Shown here: piece by piece, positions 40,450 to 53,641 of the stretch
Layout: the number at the start of each line of letters is the position of its first letter
Numbering within the stretch: the stretch's first letter is position 1
Source of the DNA: Paragordius varius
Lineage: Eukaryota; Animalia; Nematomorpha
Length of the DNA stretch: 64,000 bases
Direction of reading: 5' to 3'
Assembly (NCBI GenBank): GCA_964247055.1
Contig: OZ176050.1
Span: 558,001-622,000, forward strand
Notes under the pieces: model-generated
The model's input: only the letters and a program-made list of their open reading frames with translations
Databases searched by the model: none
What the model was told of the DNA's origin: nothing
Program-made: the position numbers and the translations under genes

Positions 40450-43400
40450 GGCTACCTAAAATCCAAATTTGATCAGGTGATGTCGCCAAGATTTTTTTTG
40501 GGTAGCCCTATGGTAGTTCCATCATCACCCCAAATATTTTCGAGATCGGACTATAAATGTAATTTTTATGAATTTTTTAAATATTTAAAAAATTTATTTT
40601 ATACGATTTTAAAAATAAAAATGGCTACCTAAATATCCAAATTTGATCAGGTGATGTCGCCAAAATTTTTTTTGGGTAGCCCTATAGTAGTTCCATCATC
40701 ACCCCAAATATTTTGGGGATCGGACTATAAATGTAATTTTTATGAATTTTTTAAATATTTAAAAAATTTATTTTTTACGATTTTAAAAATAAAAATGGCT
40801 ACCTAAAATCCAAATTTGATCAGGTGATGTCACCATAATTTTTTTGGGTAGCCCTATGGTAGTTCCATCATCACCCCAAATATTTTCGAGATCGGAGTAT
40901 AAATCTAATTTTTATGAATTTTTTAAATATTTAAAAAATTTATTTTATACGATTTTAAAAATAAAAATGGCTACCTAAAATCCAAATTTGATCAGGTGAT
41001 GTCGCCATAATTTTTTTTGGGTAGCCCTATAGTAGTTCCATCATCACCCCAAATATTTTTGAGATCGGAGTATAAATGTAATTTTTATGAATTTTTTAAA
41101 TATTTAAAAAATTTATTTTATACGATTTTAAAAATAAAAATGGCTACCTAAAATCCAAATTTGATCAGGTGATGTCGCCATAATTTTTTTTGGGTAGCCC
41201 TATCACCCCAAATATTTTCGAGATCGGAGTATAAATGTAATTTTTATGAATTTTTTAAATATTTAAAAAATTTATTTTATACGATTTTAAAAATAAAAAT
41301 GGCTACCTAAAATCCAAATTTGATCAGGTGATGTCGCCATAATTTTTTTAAGTAGTCCTATAGTAGTTCCATCATCACCCCAAATATTTTGGAGGATCGG
41401 ACTATAAATGTAATTTTTATGAATTTTTTAAATATTTAAAAAATTATTTTATACGATTTTAAAAATAAAAATGGCTACCTAAAATCCAAATTTGATCAGG
41501 TGATGTCGCCATAATTTTTTTTGGGTAGCCCTATGGTAGTTCCATCATCACCCCAAATATTTTTGAGATCGGAGTATAAATGTAATTTTTATGAATTTTT
41601 TAAATATTTAAAAAATTTATTTTATACGATTTTAAAAATAAAAATGGCTACCTAAAATCCAAATTTGATCAGGTGATGTCGCCATAATTTTTTTTGGGTA
41701 GCCCTATCACCCCAAATATTTTCGAGATCGGAGTATAAATGTAATTTTTATGAATTTTTTAAATATTTAAAAAATTTATTTTATACGATTTTAAAAATAA
41801 AAATGGCTACCTAAAATCCAAATTTGATCAGGTGATGTCGCCATAATTTTTTTTCCGTAGCCCTATGGTAGTTCCATCATCACCCCAAATATTTTGGGGA
41901 TCGGACTATAAATGTAATTTTTATGAATTTTTTAAATATTTAAAAAATTTATTTTATACGATTTTAAAAATAAAAATGGCTACCTTAAATCCAAATTTGA
42001 TCAGGTGATGTCACCATAATTTTTTTTGGGTAGCCCTATGGTAGTTCCATCATCACCCCAAATATTTTCGAGATCGGAGTATAAATGTAATTTTTATGAA
42101 TTTTTTAAATATTTAAAAAATTTATTTTATACGATATTAAAAATAAAAATGGCTACCTAAAATCCAAATTTGATCAGGTGATGTCACCATAATTTTTTTT
42201 GGGTAGCCCTATGATAATTCCATCATCACCCCAAATATTGTCGAGATCGGAGTATAAATGTAATTTTTTTGAATTTTTTAAATATTTAAAAAATTTATTT
42301 TATACGATTTTAAAAATAAAAATGGCTACCTAAAATCCAAATTTGATCAGGTGATGTCGCCATATTTTTTTTTGGGTAGCCCCTTAGTTCCATCATCACC
42401 CCAAATATTTTCGAGATCGGAGTATAAATGTAATTTTTATGAATTTTTTAAATATTTAAAAAATTTATTTTATACGATTTTAAAATAAAAATGGCTACCT
42501 AAAATCCAAATTTGATCAGGTGATGTCACCATAATTTTTTTTGGGTAGCCCTATGGTAGTTCCATCATCACCCCAAATATTGTCGAGATCGGAGTATAAA
42601 TGTAATTTTTTTGAATTTTTTAAATATTTAAAAAATTTATTTTATACGATTTTAAAAATAAAAATGGCTACCTAAAATCCAAATTTGATCAGGTGATGTC
42701 GCCATAATTTTTTTTGGGTAGCCCTATGGTAGTTCCATCATCACCCCAAATATTGTCGAGATCGGAGTATAAATGTAATTTTTATGAATTTTTTAAATAT
42801 TTAAAAAATTTATTTTATACGATTTTAAAAATAAAAATGGCTACCTAAAATCCAAATTTGATCAGGTGATGTCACCATAATTTTTTTTGGGTAGCCCTAT
42901 AGTAGTTCCATCATCACCCCAAATATTTTCGAGATCGGAGTATAAATGTAATTTTTATGAATTTTTTAAATATTTAAAAAATTTATTTTATACGATTTTA
43001 AAAATAAAAATGGCTACCTAAAATCCAAATTTGATCAGGTGATGTCACCATAATTTTTTTTGGGTAGCCCTATGGTAGTTCCATCATCACCCCAAATATT
43101 TTCGAGATCGGAGTATAAATGTAATTTTTATGAATTTTTTAAATATTTAAAAAATTTATTTTATACGATATTAAAAATAAAAATGGCTACCTAAAATCCA
43201 AATTTGATCAGATGATGTCACCATAATTTTTTTTGGGTAGCCCTATGGTAATTCCATCATCACCCCAAATATTGTCGAGATCGGAGTATAAATGTAATTT
43301 TTTTGAATTTTTTAAATATTTAAAAAATTTATTTTATACGATTTTAAAAATAAAAATGGCTACCTAAAATCCAAATTTGATCAGGTGATGTCACCATAAT

Positions 43401-44218
43401 TTTTTTTGGGTAGCCCTATGGTAATTCCATCATCACCCCAAATATTGTCGAGATCGGAGTATAAATGTAATTTTTTTGAATTTTTTAAATATTTAAAAAA
43501 TTTATTTTATACGATTTTAAAAATAAAAATGGCTACCTAAAATCCAAATTTGATCAGGTGATGTCGCCATATTTTTTTTTGGGTAGCCCTATGGTAGTTC
43601 CATCATCACCCCAAATATTGTCGAGATCGGAGTATAAATGTATTTTTTATGAATTTTTTAAATATTTAAAAAATTTATTTTATACGATTTTAAAAATAAA
43701 AATGGCTACCTAAAATCCAAATTTGATCAGGTGATGTCACTATAATTTTTTTTTAGTAGCCCTATGGTAGTTTCATCATCACCCCAAATATTTTGGAGAT
43801 CGGAGTACAAATGTAATTTTTATGAATTTTTTAAATATTTAAAAAATTTATTTTATACGATTTTAAAAATAAAAATGGCTACCTAAAATCCAAATTTGAT
43901 CAGGTGATGTCACTATAATTTTTTTTGGGTAGCCCCTTAGTTCCATCATCACCCCAAATATTTTCGAGATCGGAGTATAAATGTAATTTTTATGAATTTT
44001 TTAAATATTTAAAAAATTTATTTTATACGATTTTAAAATAAAAATGGCTACCTAAAATCCAAATTTGATCAGGTGATGTCACCATAATTTTTTTTGGGTA
44101 GCCCTATGGTAGTTCCATCATCACCCCAAATATTGTCGAGATCGGAGTATAAATGTAATTTTTTTGAATTTTTTAAATATTTAAAAAATTTATTTTATAC
44201 GATTTTAAAAATAAAAAT

Positions 44219-46290
44219 GGCTACCTAAAATCCAAATTTGATCAGGTGATGTCGCCATAATTTTTTTTGGGTAGCCCTATGGTAGTTCCATCATCACCCC
44301 AAATATTTTCGAGATCGGAGTATAAATGTAATTTTTATGAATTTTTTAAATATTTAAAAAATTTATTTTATACGATATTAAAAATAAAAATGGCTACCTA
44401 AAATCCAAATTTGATCAGGTAATGTCGCCATAATTTTTTTTGGGTAGCCCTATAGTAGTTCCATCATCACCCCAAATATTTTCGAGATCGGAGTATAAAT
44501 GTAATTTTTATGAATTTTTTAAATATTTAAAAAATTTATTTTATACGATTTTAAAAAAAAAATGGCTACCTAAAATCCAAATTTGATCAGGTGATGTCAC
44601 TATAATTTTTTTTGGGTAGCCCTATGGTAGTTCCATCATCACCCCAAATATTTTCGAGATCGAAGTATAAATGTAATTTTTATGAATTTTTTAAATATTT
44701 AAAAAATTTATTTTATACGATTTTAAAAATAAAAATGGCTACCTAAAATCCAAATTTGATCAGGTGATGTCGCCATAATTTATTTTGGGTACCCTATGGT
44801 AGTTCCATCATCACCCCAAATATTTTGGGGATCGGACTATAAATGTAATTTTTATGAATTTTTTAAATATTTAAAAAATTTATTTTATACGATTTTAAAA
44901 ATAAAAATGGCTACCTAAAATCCAAATTTGATCAGGTGATGTCACCATAATTTTTTTTGGGTAGCCCTATGGTAGTTCCATCATCACCCCAAATATTTTC
45001 GAGATCGGAGTATAAATGTAATTTTTATGAATTTTTTAAATATTTAAAAAATTTATTTTATACGATATTAAAAATAAAAATGGCTACCTAAAATCCAAAT
45101 TTGATCAGGTGATGTCACCATAATTTTTTTTGGGTAGCCCTATGGTAATTCCATCATCACCCCAAATATTGTCGAGATCGGAGTATAAATGTAATTTTTT
45201 TGAATTTTTTAAATATTTAAAAAATTTATTTTATACGATTTTAAAAATAAAAATGGCTACCTAAAATCCAAATTTGATCAGGTGATGTCGCCATAATTTT
45301 TTTTGGGTAGCCCTATGGTAGTTCCATCATCACCCCAAATATTTTCGAGATCGGAGTATAAATGTAATTTTTATGAATTTTTTAAATATTTAAAAAATTT
45401 ATTTTATACGATATTAAAAATAAAAATGGCTACCTAAAATCCAAATTTGATCAGGTAATGTCGCCATAATTTTTTTTGGGTAGCCCTATAGTAGTTCCAT
45501 CATCACCCCAAATATTTTCGAGATCGGAGTATAAATGTAATTTTTATGAATTTTTTAAATATTTAAAAAATTTATTTTATACGATTTTTAAAAAAAAATG
45601 GCTACCTAAAATCCAAATTTGATCAGGTGATGTCACTATAATTTTTTTTGGGTAGCCCTATGGTAGTTCCATCATCATCCCAAATATTTTCGAGATCGAA
45701 GTATAAATGTAATTTTTATGAATTTTTTAAATATTTAAAAAATTTATATACGATTTTAAAAATAAAAATGGCTACCTAAAATCCAAATTTGATCAGGTGA
45801 TGTCGCCATAATTTATTTTGGGTAGCCCTATGGTAGTTCCATCATCACCCCAAATATTTTGGGGATCGGACTATAAATGTAATTTTTATGAATTTTTTAA
45901 ATATTTAAAAAATTTATTTTATACGATTTTAAAAATAAAAATGGCTACCTAAAATCCAAATTTGATCAGGTGATGTCACCATAATTTTTTTTGGGTAGCC
46001 CTATGGTAGTTCCATCATCACCCCAAATATTGTCGAGATCGGAGTATAAATGTAATTTTTATGAATTTTTTAAATATTTAAAAAATTTATTTTATACGAT
46101 TTTAAAAATAAAAATGGCTACCTAAAATCCAAATTTGATCAGGTGATGTCACCATAATTTTTTTTGGGTAGCCCTATGGTAGTTCCATCATCACCCCAAA
46201 TATTGTCGAGATCGGAGTATAAATGTAATTTTTTTGAATTTTTTAAATATTTAAAAAATTTATTTTATACGATTTTAAAAATAAAAATGG
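44219..46290. repeat. Tandem 6-monomer repeat, ~2 copies, 1036-bp period, built on the GGTAATGTC / ATCGAAGT monomer pair
   Basis: Starts 44219 and 45255. Order GCC-ATATTA / GGTAAT-TATAG-A10 / ATCGAAG / TTTATTTTGGG-GGGG is repeated; the last two monomers match less well. Confidence 0.7.
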
Positions 46291-49200
46291 CTACCTATAA
46301 TCCAAATTTGATCAGGTGATGTCGCGATAATTTTTTTTGGGTAGCCCTATGGTAGTTCCATCATAACCCCAAATATTTTGGGGATCGGACTATAAATGTA
46401 ATTTTTATGAATTTTTTAAATATTTAAAAAATTTATTTTATACGATTTTAAAAATAAAAATGGCTACCTAAAATCCAAATTTGATCAGGAGATGTCACCA
46501 TAATTTTTTTTGGGTAGCCCTATGGTAGTTCCATCATCACCCCAAATATTTTCGAGATCGGAGTATAAATGTAATTTTTATGAATTTTTTAAATATTTAA
46601 AAAATTGATTTTATACGATTTTAAAAATAAAAATGGCTACCTAAAATCCAAATTTGATCAGGTGATGTCACTATATTTTTTTTAGGTAGCCCTATGGTAG
46701 TTCCATCATCACCCCAAATATTGTCGAGATCGGAGTATAAATGTAATTTTTTTGAATTTTTTAAATATTTAAAAAATTTATTTTATACGATTTTAAAAAT
46801 AAAAATGGCTACCTAAAATCCAAATTTGATCAGGTGATGTCGCCATAATTTTTTTTGTGTAGCCCTATGGTAGTTCCATCATAACCCCAAATATTTTTGA
46901 GATCGGACTTTAAATGTAATTTTTATGAATTTTTTAAATATTTAAAAAATTTATTTTATACGATTTTAAAAATAAAAATGGCTACCTAAAATCCAAATTT
47001 GATCAGGTGATGTCACCATAATTTTTTTTGGGTAGCCCTATGGTAGTTCCATCATCACCCCAAATATTTTCGAGATCGGAGTATAAATGTAATTTTTATG
47101 AATTTTTTAAATATTTAAAAAATTTATTTTATACGATTTTAAAAATAAAAATGGCTACCTAAAATCCAAATTTGATCAGGTGATGCCATAATATTTTTTG
47201 GGTAGCCCTATGGTAGTTCCATCATCACCCCAAATATTTTCGAGATCGGAGTATAAATGTAATTTTTATGAATTTTTTAAATATTTAAAAAATTTATTTT
47301 ATACGATATTAAAAATAAAAATGGCTACCTAAAATCCAAATTTGATCAGGTGATGTCACCATAATTTTTTTTGGGTAGCCCTATGGTAGTTCCATCATCA
47401 CCCCAAATATTTTGGGGATCGGACTATAAATGTAATTTTTATGAATTTTTTAAATATTTAAAAAATTTATTTTATACGATTTTAAAAATAAAAATGGCTA
47501 CCTAAAATCCAAATTTGATCAGGTGATGTCACTATAATTTTTTTTGGGTAGCCCTATGGTAGTTCCATCATCACCCCAAATATTGTCGAGATCGGAGTAT
47601 AAATGTAATTTTTATGAATTTTTAAAATATTTAAAAAATTTATTTTATACGATTTTAAAAATAAAAATGGCTACCTAAAATCCCAATTTGATCAGGTGAT
47701 GTCGCCATAATTTTTTTGGGTAGCCCTATGGTAGTTCCATCATCACATCAAATATTTTCGAGATCGGAGTATAAATGTAATTTTTATAAATTTTTTAAAT
47801 ATTTAAAAAATTTATTTTATACGATTTTAAAAATAAAAATGGCTACCTAAAATCCAAATTTGATCAGGTGATGTCACTATAATTTTTTTTGGGTAGCCCT
47901 ATGGTAGTTCCATCATCACCCCAAATATTTTGGGGATCGGACTATAAATGTAATTTTTATGAATTTTTTAAATATTTAAAAAATTTATTTTATACGATTT
48001 TAAAAATAAAAATGGCTACCTAAAATCCAAATTTGATCAGGTGATGTCGCCATAATTTTTTTTGGGTAGCCCTATGGTAGTTCCATCATCACCCCAAATA
48101 TTTTCGAGATCGGAGTATAAATGTAATTTTTATGAATTTTTTAAATATTTAAAAAATTTTGTTTATACGATATTAAAAATAAAAATGGCTACCTAAAATC
48201 CAAATTTGATCAGGTGATGTCACTATAATTTTTATGGTTAGCCCTATGGTAGTTCCATCATCACCCCAAATATTTTGGGGATCGGACTATAAATGTAATT
48301 TTTATGAATTTTTTAAATATTTAAAAAATTTATTTTATACGATTTTAAAAATAAAAATGGCTACCTAAAATCCAAATTTGATCAGGTGATGTCACTATAA
48401 TTTTTTTTGGGTAGCCCTATGGTAGTTCCATCATCACCCCAAATATTTTCGAGATCGGAGTATAAATGTAATTTTTATGAATTTTTTAAATATTTAAAAA
48501 ATTTTGTTTATACGATATTAAAAATAAAAATGGCTACCTAAAATCCAAATTTGATCAGGTGATGTCACTATAATTTTTTTTGGGTAGCCCTATGGTAGTT
48601 CCATCATCACCCCAAATATTTTCGAGATCGGAGTATAAATGTAATTTTTATGAATTTTTTAAATATTTAAAAAATTTATTTTATACGATTTTAAAAATAA
48701 AAATGGCTACCTAAAATCCAAATTTGATCAGGTGATGTCACTATAATTTTTTTTGGGTAGCCCTATGGTAGTTCCATCATCACCCCAAATATTTTCGAGA
48801 TCGGAGTATAAATGTAATTTTTATGAATTTTTTAAATATTTAAAAAATTTATTTTATACGATTTTAAAAATAAAAATGGCTACCTAAAATCCAAATTTGA
48901 TCAGGTGATGTCGCCATAATTTTTTTTGGGTAGCCCTATCACCCCAAATATTTTCGAGATCGAGGTATAAATGTAATTTTTATGAATTTTTTAAATATTT
49001 ATAAAATTTATTTTATACGATTTTAAAAATAAAAATGGCTACCTAAAATCCAAATTTGATCAGGTGATGTCACCATAATTTTTTTTGCGTAGCCCTATGG
49101 TAGTTCCATCATCACCCCAAATATTTTCGAGATCGGAGTATAAATGTAATTTTTATGAATTTTTTAAATATTTAAAAAAATTATTTTATACGATTTTAAA

Positions 49201-50583
49201 AATAAAAATGGCTACCTAAAATCCAAATTTGATCAGGTGATGTCACCATAATTTTTTTAGCGTAGCCCTATGGTATTTCCATCATCACCCCAAATATTTT
49301 GGGGATCGGACTATAAATGTAATTTTTTTAAATATTTAAAAAATTTATTTTATACGATTTTAAAAATAAAAATGGCTACCTAAAATCCAAATTTGATCAG
49401 GTGATGTCACCATAATTTTTTTTGGGTAGCCCTATGGTAGTTCCATCATCACCCCAAATATTGTCGAGATCGGAGTATAAATGTAATTTTTTTGAATTTT
49501 TTAAATATTTAAAAAATTTATTTTATACGATTTTAAAAATAAAAATGGCTACCTAAAATCCAAATTTGATCAGGTGATGTCACCATAATTTTTTTGCGTA
49601 GCCCTATGGTAGTTCCATCATCACCCCAAATATTTTGGGGATCGGACTATAAATGTAATTTTTTGAATTTTTTAAATATTTAAAAAATTTATTTTATACG
49701 ATTTTAAAAATAAAAATGGCTACCTAAAATCCAAATTTGATCAGGTGATGTCGCCATAATTTTTTTTGGGTAGCCCTATGGTAGTTCCATCATCACCCCA
49801 AATATTTTGGGGATCGGACTATAAATGTAATTTTTATGAATTTTTTAAATATTTAAAAAATTTATTTTATACGATTTTAAAAATAAAAATGGCTACCTAA
49901 AATCCAAATTTGATCAGGTGATGTCACCATAATTTTTTTTGGGTAGCCCTATGGTAGTTTCATCATCACCCCAAATATTTTGGGGATCGGACTATAAATG
50001 TAATTTTTATGAATTTTTTAAATATTTAAAAAATTTATTTTATACGATTTCAAAAATAAAAATGGCTACCTAAAATCCAAATTTGATCAGGTGATGTCAC
50101 CATAATTTTTTTTGGGTAGCCCTATGGTAGTTCCATCATCACCCCAAATATTTTCGAGATCGGAGTATAAATGTAATTTTTATGAATTTTTTAAATATTT
50201 AAAAAATTTATTTTATACGATTTTAAAAATAAAAATGGCTACCTAAAATCCAAATTTGATCAGGTGATGTCGCCAAGATTTTTTTTGGGTAGCCCTATGG
50301 TAGTTCCATCATCACCCCAAATATTTTCGAGATCGGACTATAAATGTAATTTTTATGAATTTTTTAAATATTTAAAAAATTTATTTTATACGATTTTAAA
50401 AATAAAAATGGCTACCTAAATATCCAAATTTGATCAGGTGATGTCGCCAAAATTTTTTTTGGGTAGCCCTATAGTAGTTCCATCATCACCCCAAATATTT
50501 TGGGGATCGGACTATAAATGTAATTTTTATGAATTTTTTATATATTTAAAAAATTTATTTTTTACGATTTTAAAAATAAAAAT

Positions 50584-53500
50584 GGCTACCTAAAATCCAA
50601 ATTTGATCAGGTGATGTCACCATAATTTTTTTTGGGTAGCCCTATGGTAGTTCCATCATCACCCCAAATATTTTCGAGATCGGAGTATAAATCTAATTTT
50701 TATGAATTTTTTAAATATTTAAAAAATTTATTTTATACGATTTTAAAAATAAAAATGGCTACCTAAAATCCAAATTTGATCAGGTTATGTCGCCATAATT
50801 TTTTTTGGGTAGCCCTATAGTAGTTCCATCATCACCCCAAATATTTTTGAGATCGGAGTATAAATGTAATTTTTATGAATTTTTTAAATATTTAAAAAAT
50901 TTATTTTATACGATTTTAAAAATAAAAATGGCTACCTAAAATCCAAATTTGATCAGGTGATGTCGCCATAATTTTTTTTGGGTAGCCCTATCACCCCAAA
51001 TATTTTCGAGATCGGAGTATAAATGTAATTTTTATGAATTTTTTAAATATTTAAAAAATTTATTTTATACGATTTTAAAAATAAAAATGGCTACCTAAAA
51101 TCCAAATTTGATCAGGTGATGTCGCCATAATTTTTTTGGTTAGTCCTATAGTAGTTCCATCATCACCCCAAATATTTTGGAGGATCGGACTATAAATGTA
51201 ATTTTTATGAATTTTTTAAATATTTAAAAAATTATTTTATACGATTTTAAAAATAAAAATGGCTACCTAAAATCCAAATTTGATCAGGTGATGTCGCCAT
51301 AATTTTTTTTGGGTAGCCCTATGGTAGTTCCATCATCACCCCAAATATTTTTGAGATCGGAGTATAAATGTAATTTTTATGAATTTTTTAAATATTTAAA
51401 AAATTTATTTTATACGATTTTAAAAATAAAAATGGCTACCTAAAATCCAAATTTGATCAGGTGATGTCGCCATAATTTTTTTTGGGTAGCCCTATCACCC
51501 CAAATATTTTCGAGATCGGAGTATAAATGTAATTTTTATGAATTTTTTAAATATTTAAAAAATTTATTTTATACGATTTTAAAAATAAAAATGGCTACCT
51601 AAAATCCAAATTTGATCAGGTGATGTCGCCATAATTTTTTTTGGGTAGCCCTATAGTAGTTCCATCATCACCCCAAATATTTTGGGGATCGTAGTATAAA
51701 TGTAATTTTTATGAATTTTTTAAATATTTAAAAAATTTATTTTATACGATTTTAAAAATAAAAATGGCTACCTAAAATCCAAATTTGATCAGGTGATGTC
51801 GCCATAATTTTTTTTGGGTAGCCCTATTCCATCATCACCCCAAATATTGTCGAGATCGGAGTATAAATGTAATTTTTATGAATTTTTTAAATATTTAAAA
51901 AATTTATTTTATACGATTTTAAAAATAAAAATGGCTACCTAAAATCCAAATTTGATCAGGTGATGTCGCCATAATTTTTTTTCCGTAGCCCTATGGTAGT
52001 TCCATCATCACCCCAAATATTTTGGGGATCGGACTATAAATGTAATTTTTATGAATTTTTTAAATATTTAAAAAATTTATTTTATACGATTTTAAAAATA
52101 AAAATGGCTACCTAAAATCCAAATTTGATCAGGTGATGTCACCATAATTTTTTTTGGGTAGCCCTATGGTAGTTCCATCATCACCCCAAATATTTTCGAG
52201 ATCGGAGTATAAATTTAATTTTTATGAATTTTTTAAATATTTAAAAAATTTATTTTATACGATTTTAAAAATAAAAATGGCTACCTAAAATCCAAATTTG
52301 ATCAGGTGATGTCGCCATAATTTTTTTTGGGTAGCCCTATAGTAGTTCCATCATCACCCCAAATATTTTTGAGATCGGAGTATAAATGTAATTTTTATGA
52401 ATTTTTTAAATATTTAAAAAATTTATTTTATACGATTTTAAAAATAAAAATGGCTACCTAAAATCCAAATTTGATCAGGTGATGTCGCCATAATTTTTTT
52501 TGGGTAGCCCTATCACCCCAAATATTTTCGAGATCGGAGTATAAATGTAATTTTTATGAATTTTTTAAATATTTAAAAAATTTATTTTATACGATTTTAA
52601 AAATAAAAATGGCTACCTAAAATCCAAATTTGATCAGGTGATGTCGCCATAATTTTTTTGGTTAGTCCTATAGTAGTTCCATCATCACCCCAAATATTTT
52701 GGAGGATCGGACTATAAATGTAATTTTTATGAATTTTTTAAATATTTAAAAAATTATTTTATACGATTTTAAAAATAAAAATGGCTACCTAAAATCCAAA
52801 TTTGATCAGGTGATGTCGCCATAATTTTTTTTGGGTAGCCCTATGGTAGTTCCATCATCACCCCAAATATTTTTGAGATCGGAGTATAAATGTAATTTTT
52901 ATGAATTTTTTAAATATTTAAAAAATTTATTTTATACGATTTTAAAAATAAAAATGGCTACCTAAAATCCAAATTTGATCAGGTGATGTCGCCATAATTT
53001 TTTTTGGGTAGCCCTATAGTAGTTCCATCATCACCCCAAATATTTTCGAGATCGGAGTATAAATGTAATTTTTATGAATTTTTTAAATATTTAAAAAATT
53101 TATTTTATACGATTTTAAAAATAAAAATGGCTACCTAAAATCCAAATTTGATCAGGTGATGTCGCCATAATTTTTTTTGGGTAGCCCTATAGTAGTTCCA
53201 TCATCACCCCAAATATTTTGGGGATCGTAGTATAAATGTAATTTTTATGAATTTTTTAAATATTTAAAAAATTTATTTTATACGATTTTAAAAATAAAAA
53301 TGGCTACCTAAAATCCAAATTTGATCAGGTGATGTCGCCATAATTTTTTTTGGGTAGCCCTATTCCATCATCACCCCAAATATTGTCGAGATCGGAGTAT
53401 AAATGTAATTTTTATGAATTTTTTAAATATTTAAAAAATTTATTTTATACGATTTTAAAAATAAAAATGGCTACCTAAAATCCAAATTTGATCAGGTGAT

Positions 53501-53641
53501 GTCGCCATAATTTTTTTTCCGTAGCCCTATGGTAGTTCCATCATCACCCCAAATATTTTGGGGATCGGACTATAAATGTAATTTTTATGAATTTTTTAAA
53601 TATTTAAAAAATTTATTTTATACGATTTTAAAAATAAAAAT
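50584..53641. repeat. Tandem 9-monomer higher-order repeat, 2 copies, 1522-bp period
   Basis: Starts 50584 and 52106; GGAGGATC at 51179/52701; ATCGTAGT, CCCTATTCC and TTCCGTAG are repeated. The second copy is 1536 bp because one 14-bp deletion is absent. Confidence 0.85.

Larger units (their letters stand above)
39248..41804. repeat. ~2.55-kb block duplicated at 49037-51592 (offset 9787-9789 bp)
   Basis: Private markers GCCAAGATT (40485/50272), TAAATATCC+GCCAAAA, AAATCTAA, TAGTCCTATAG+GGAGGATC and the 14-bp deletions are colinear. Confidence 0.85.
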
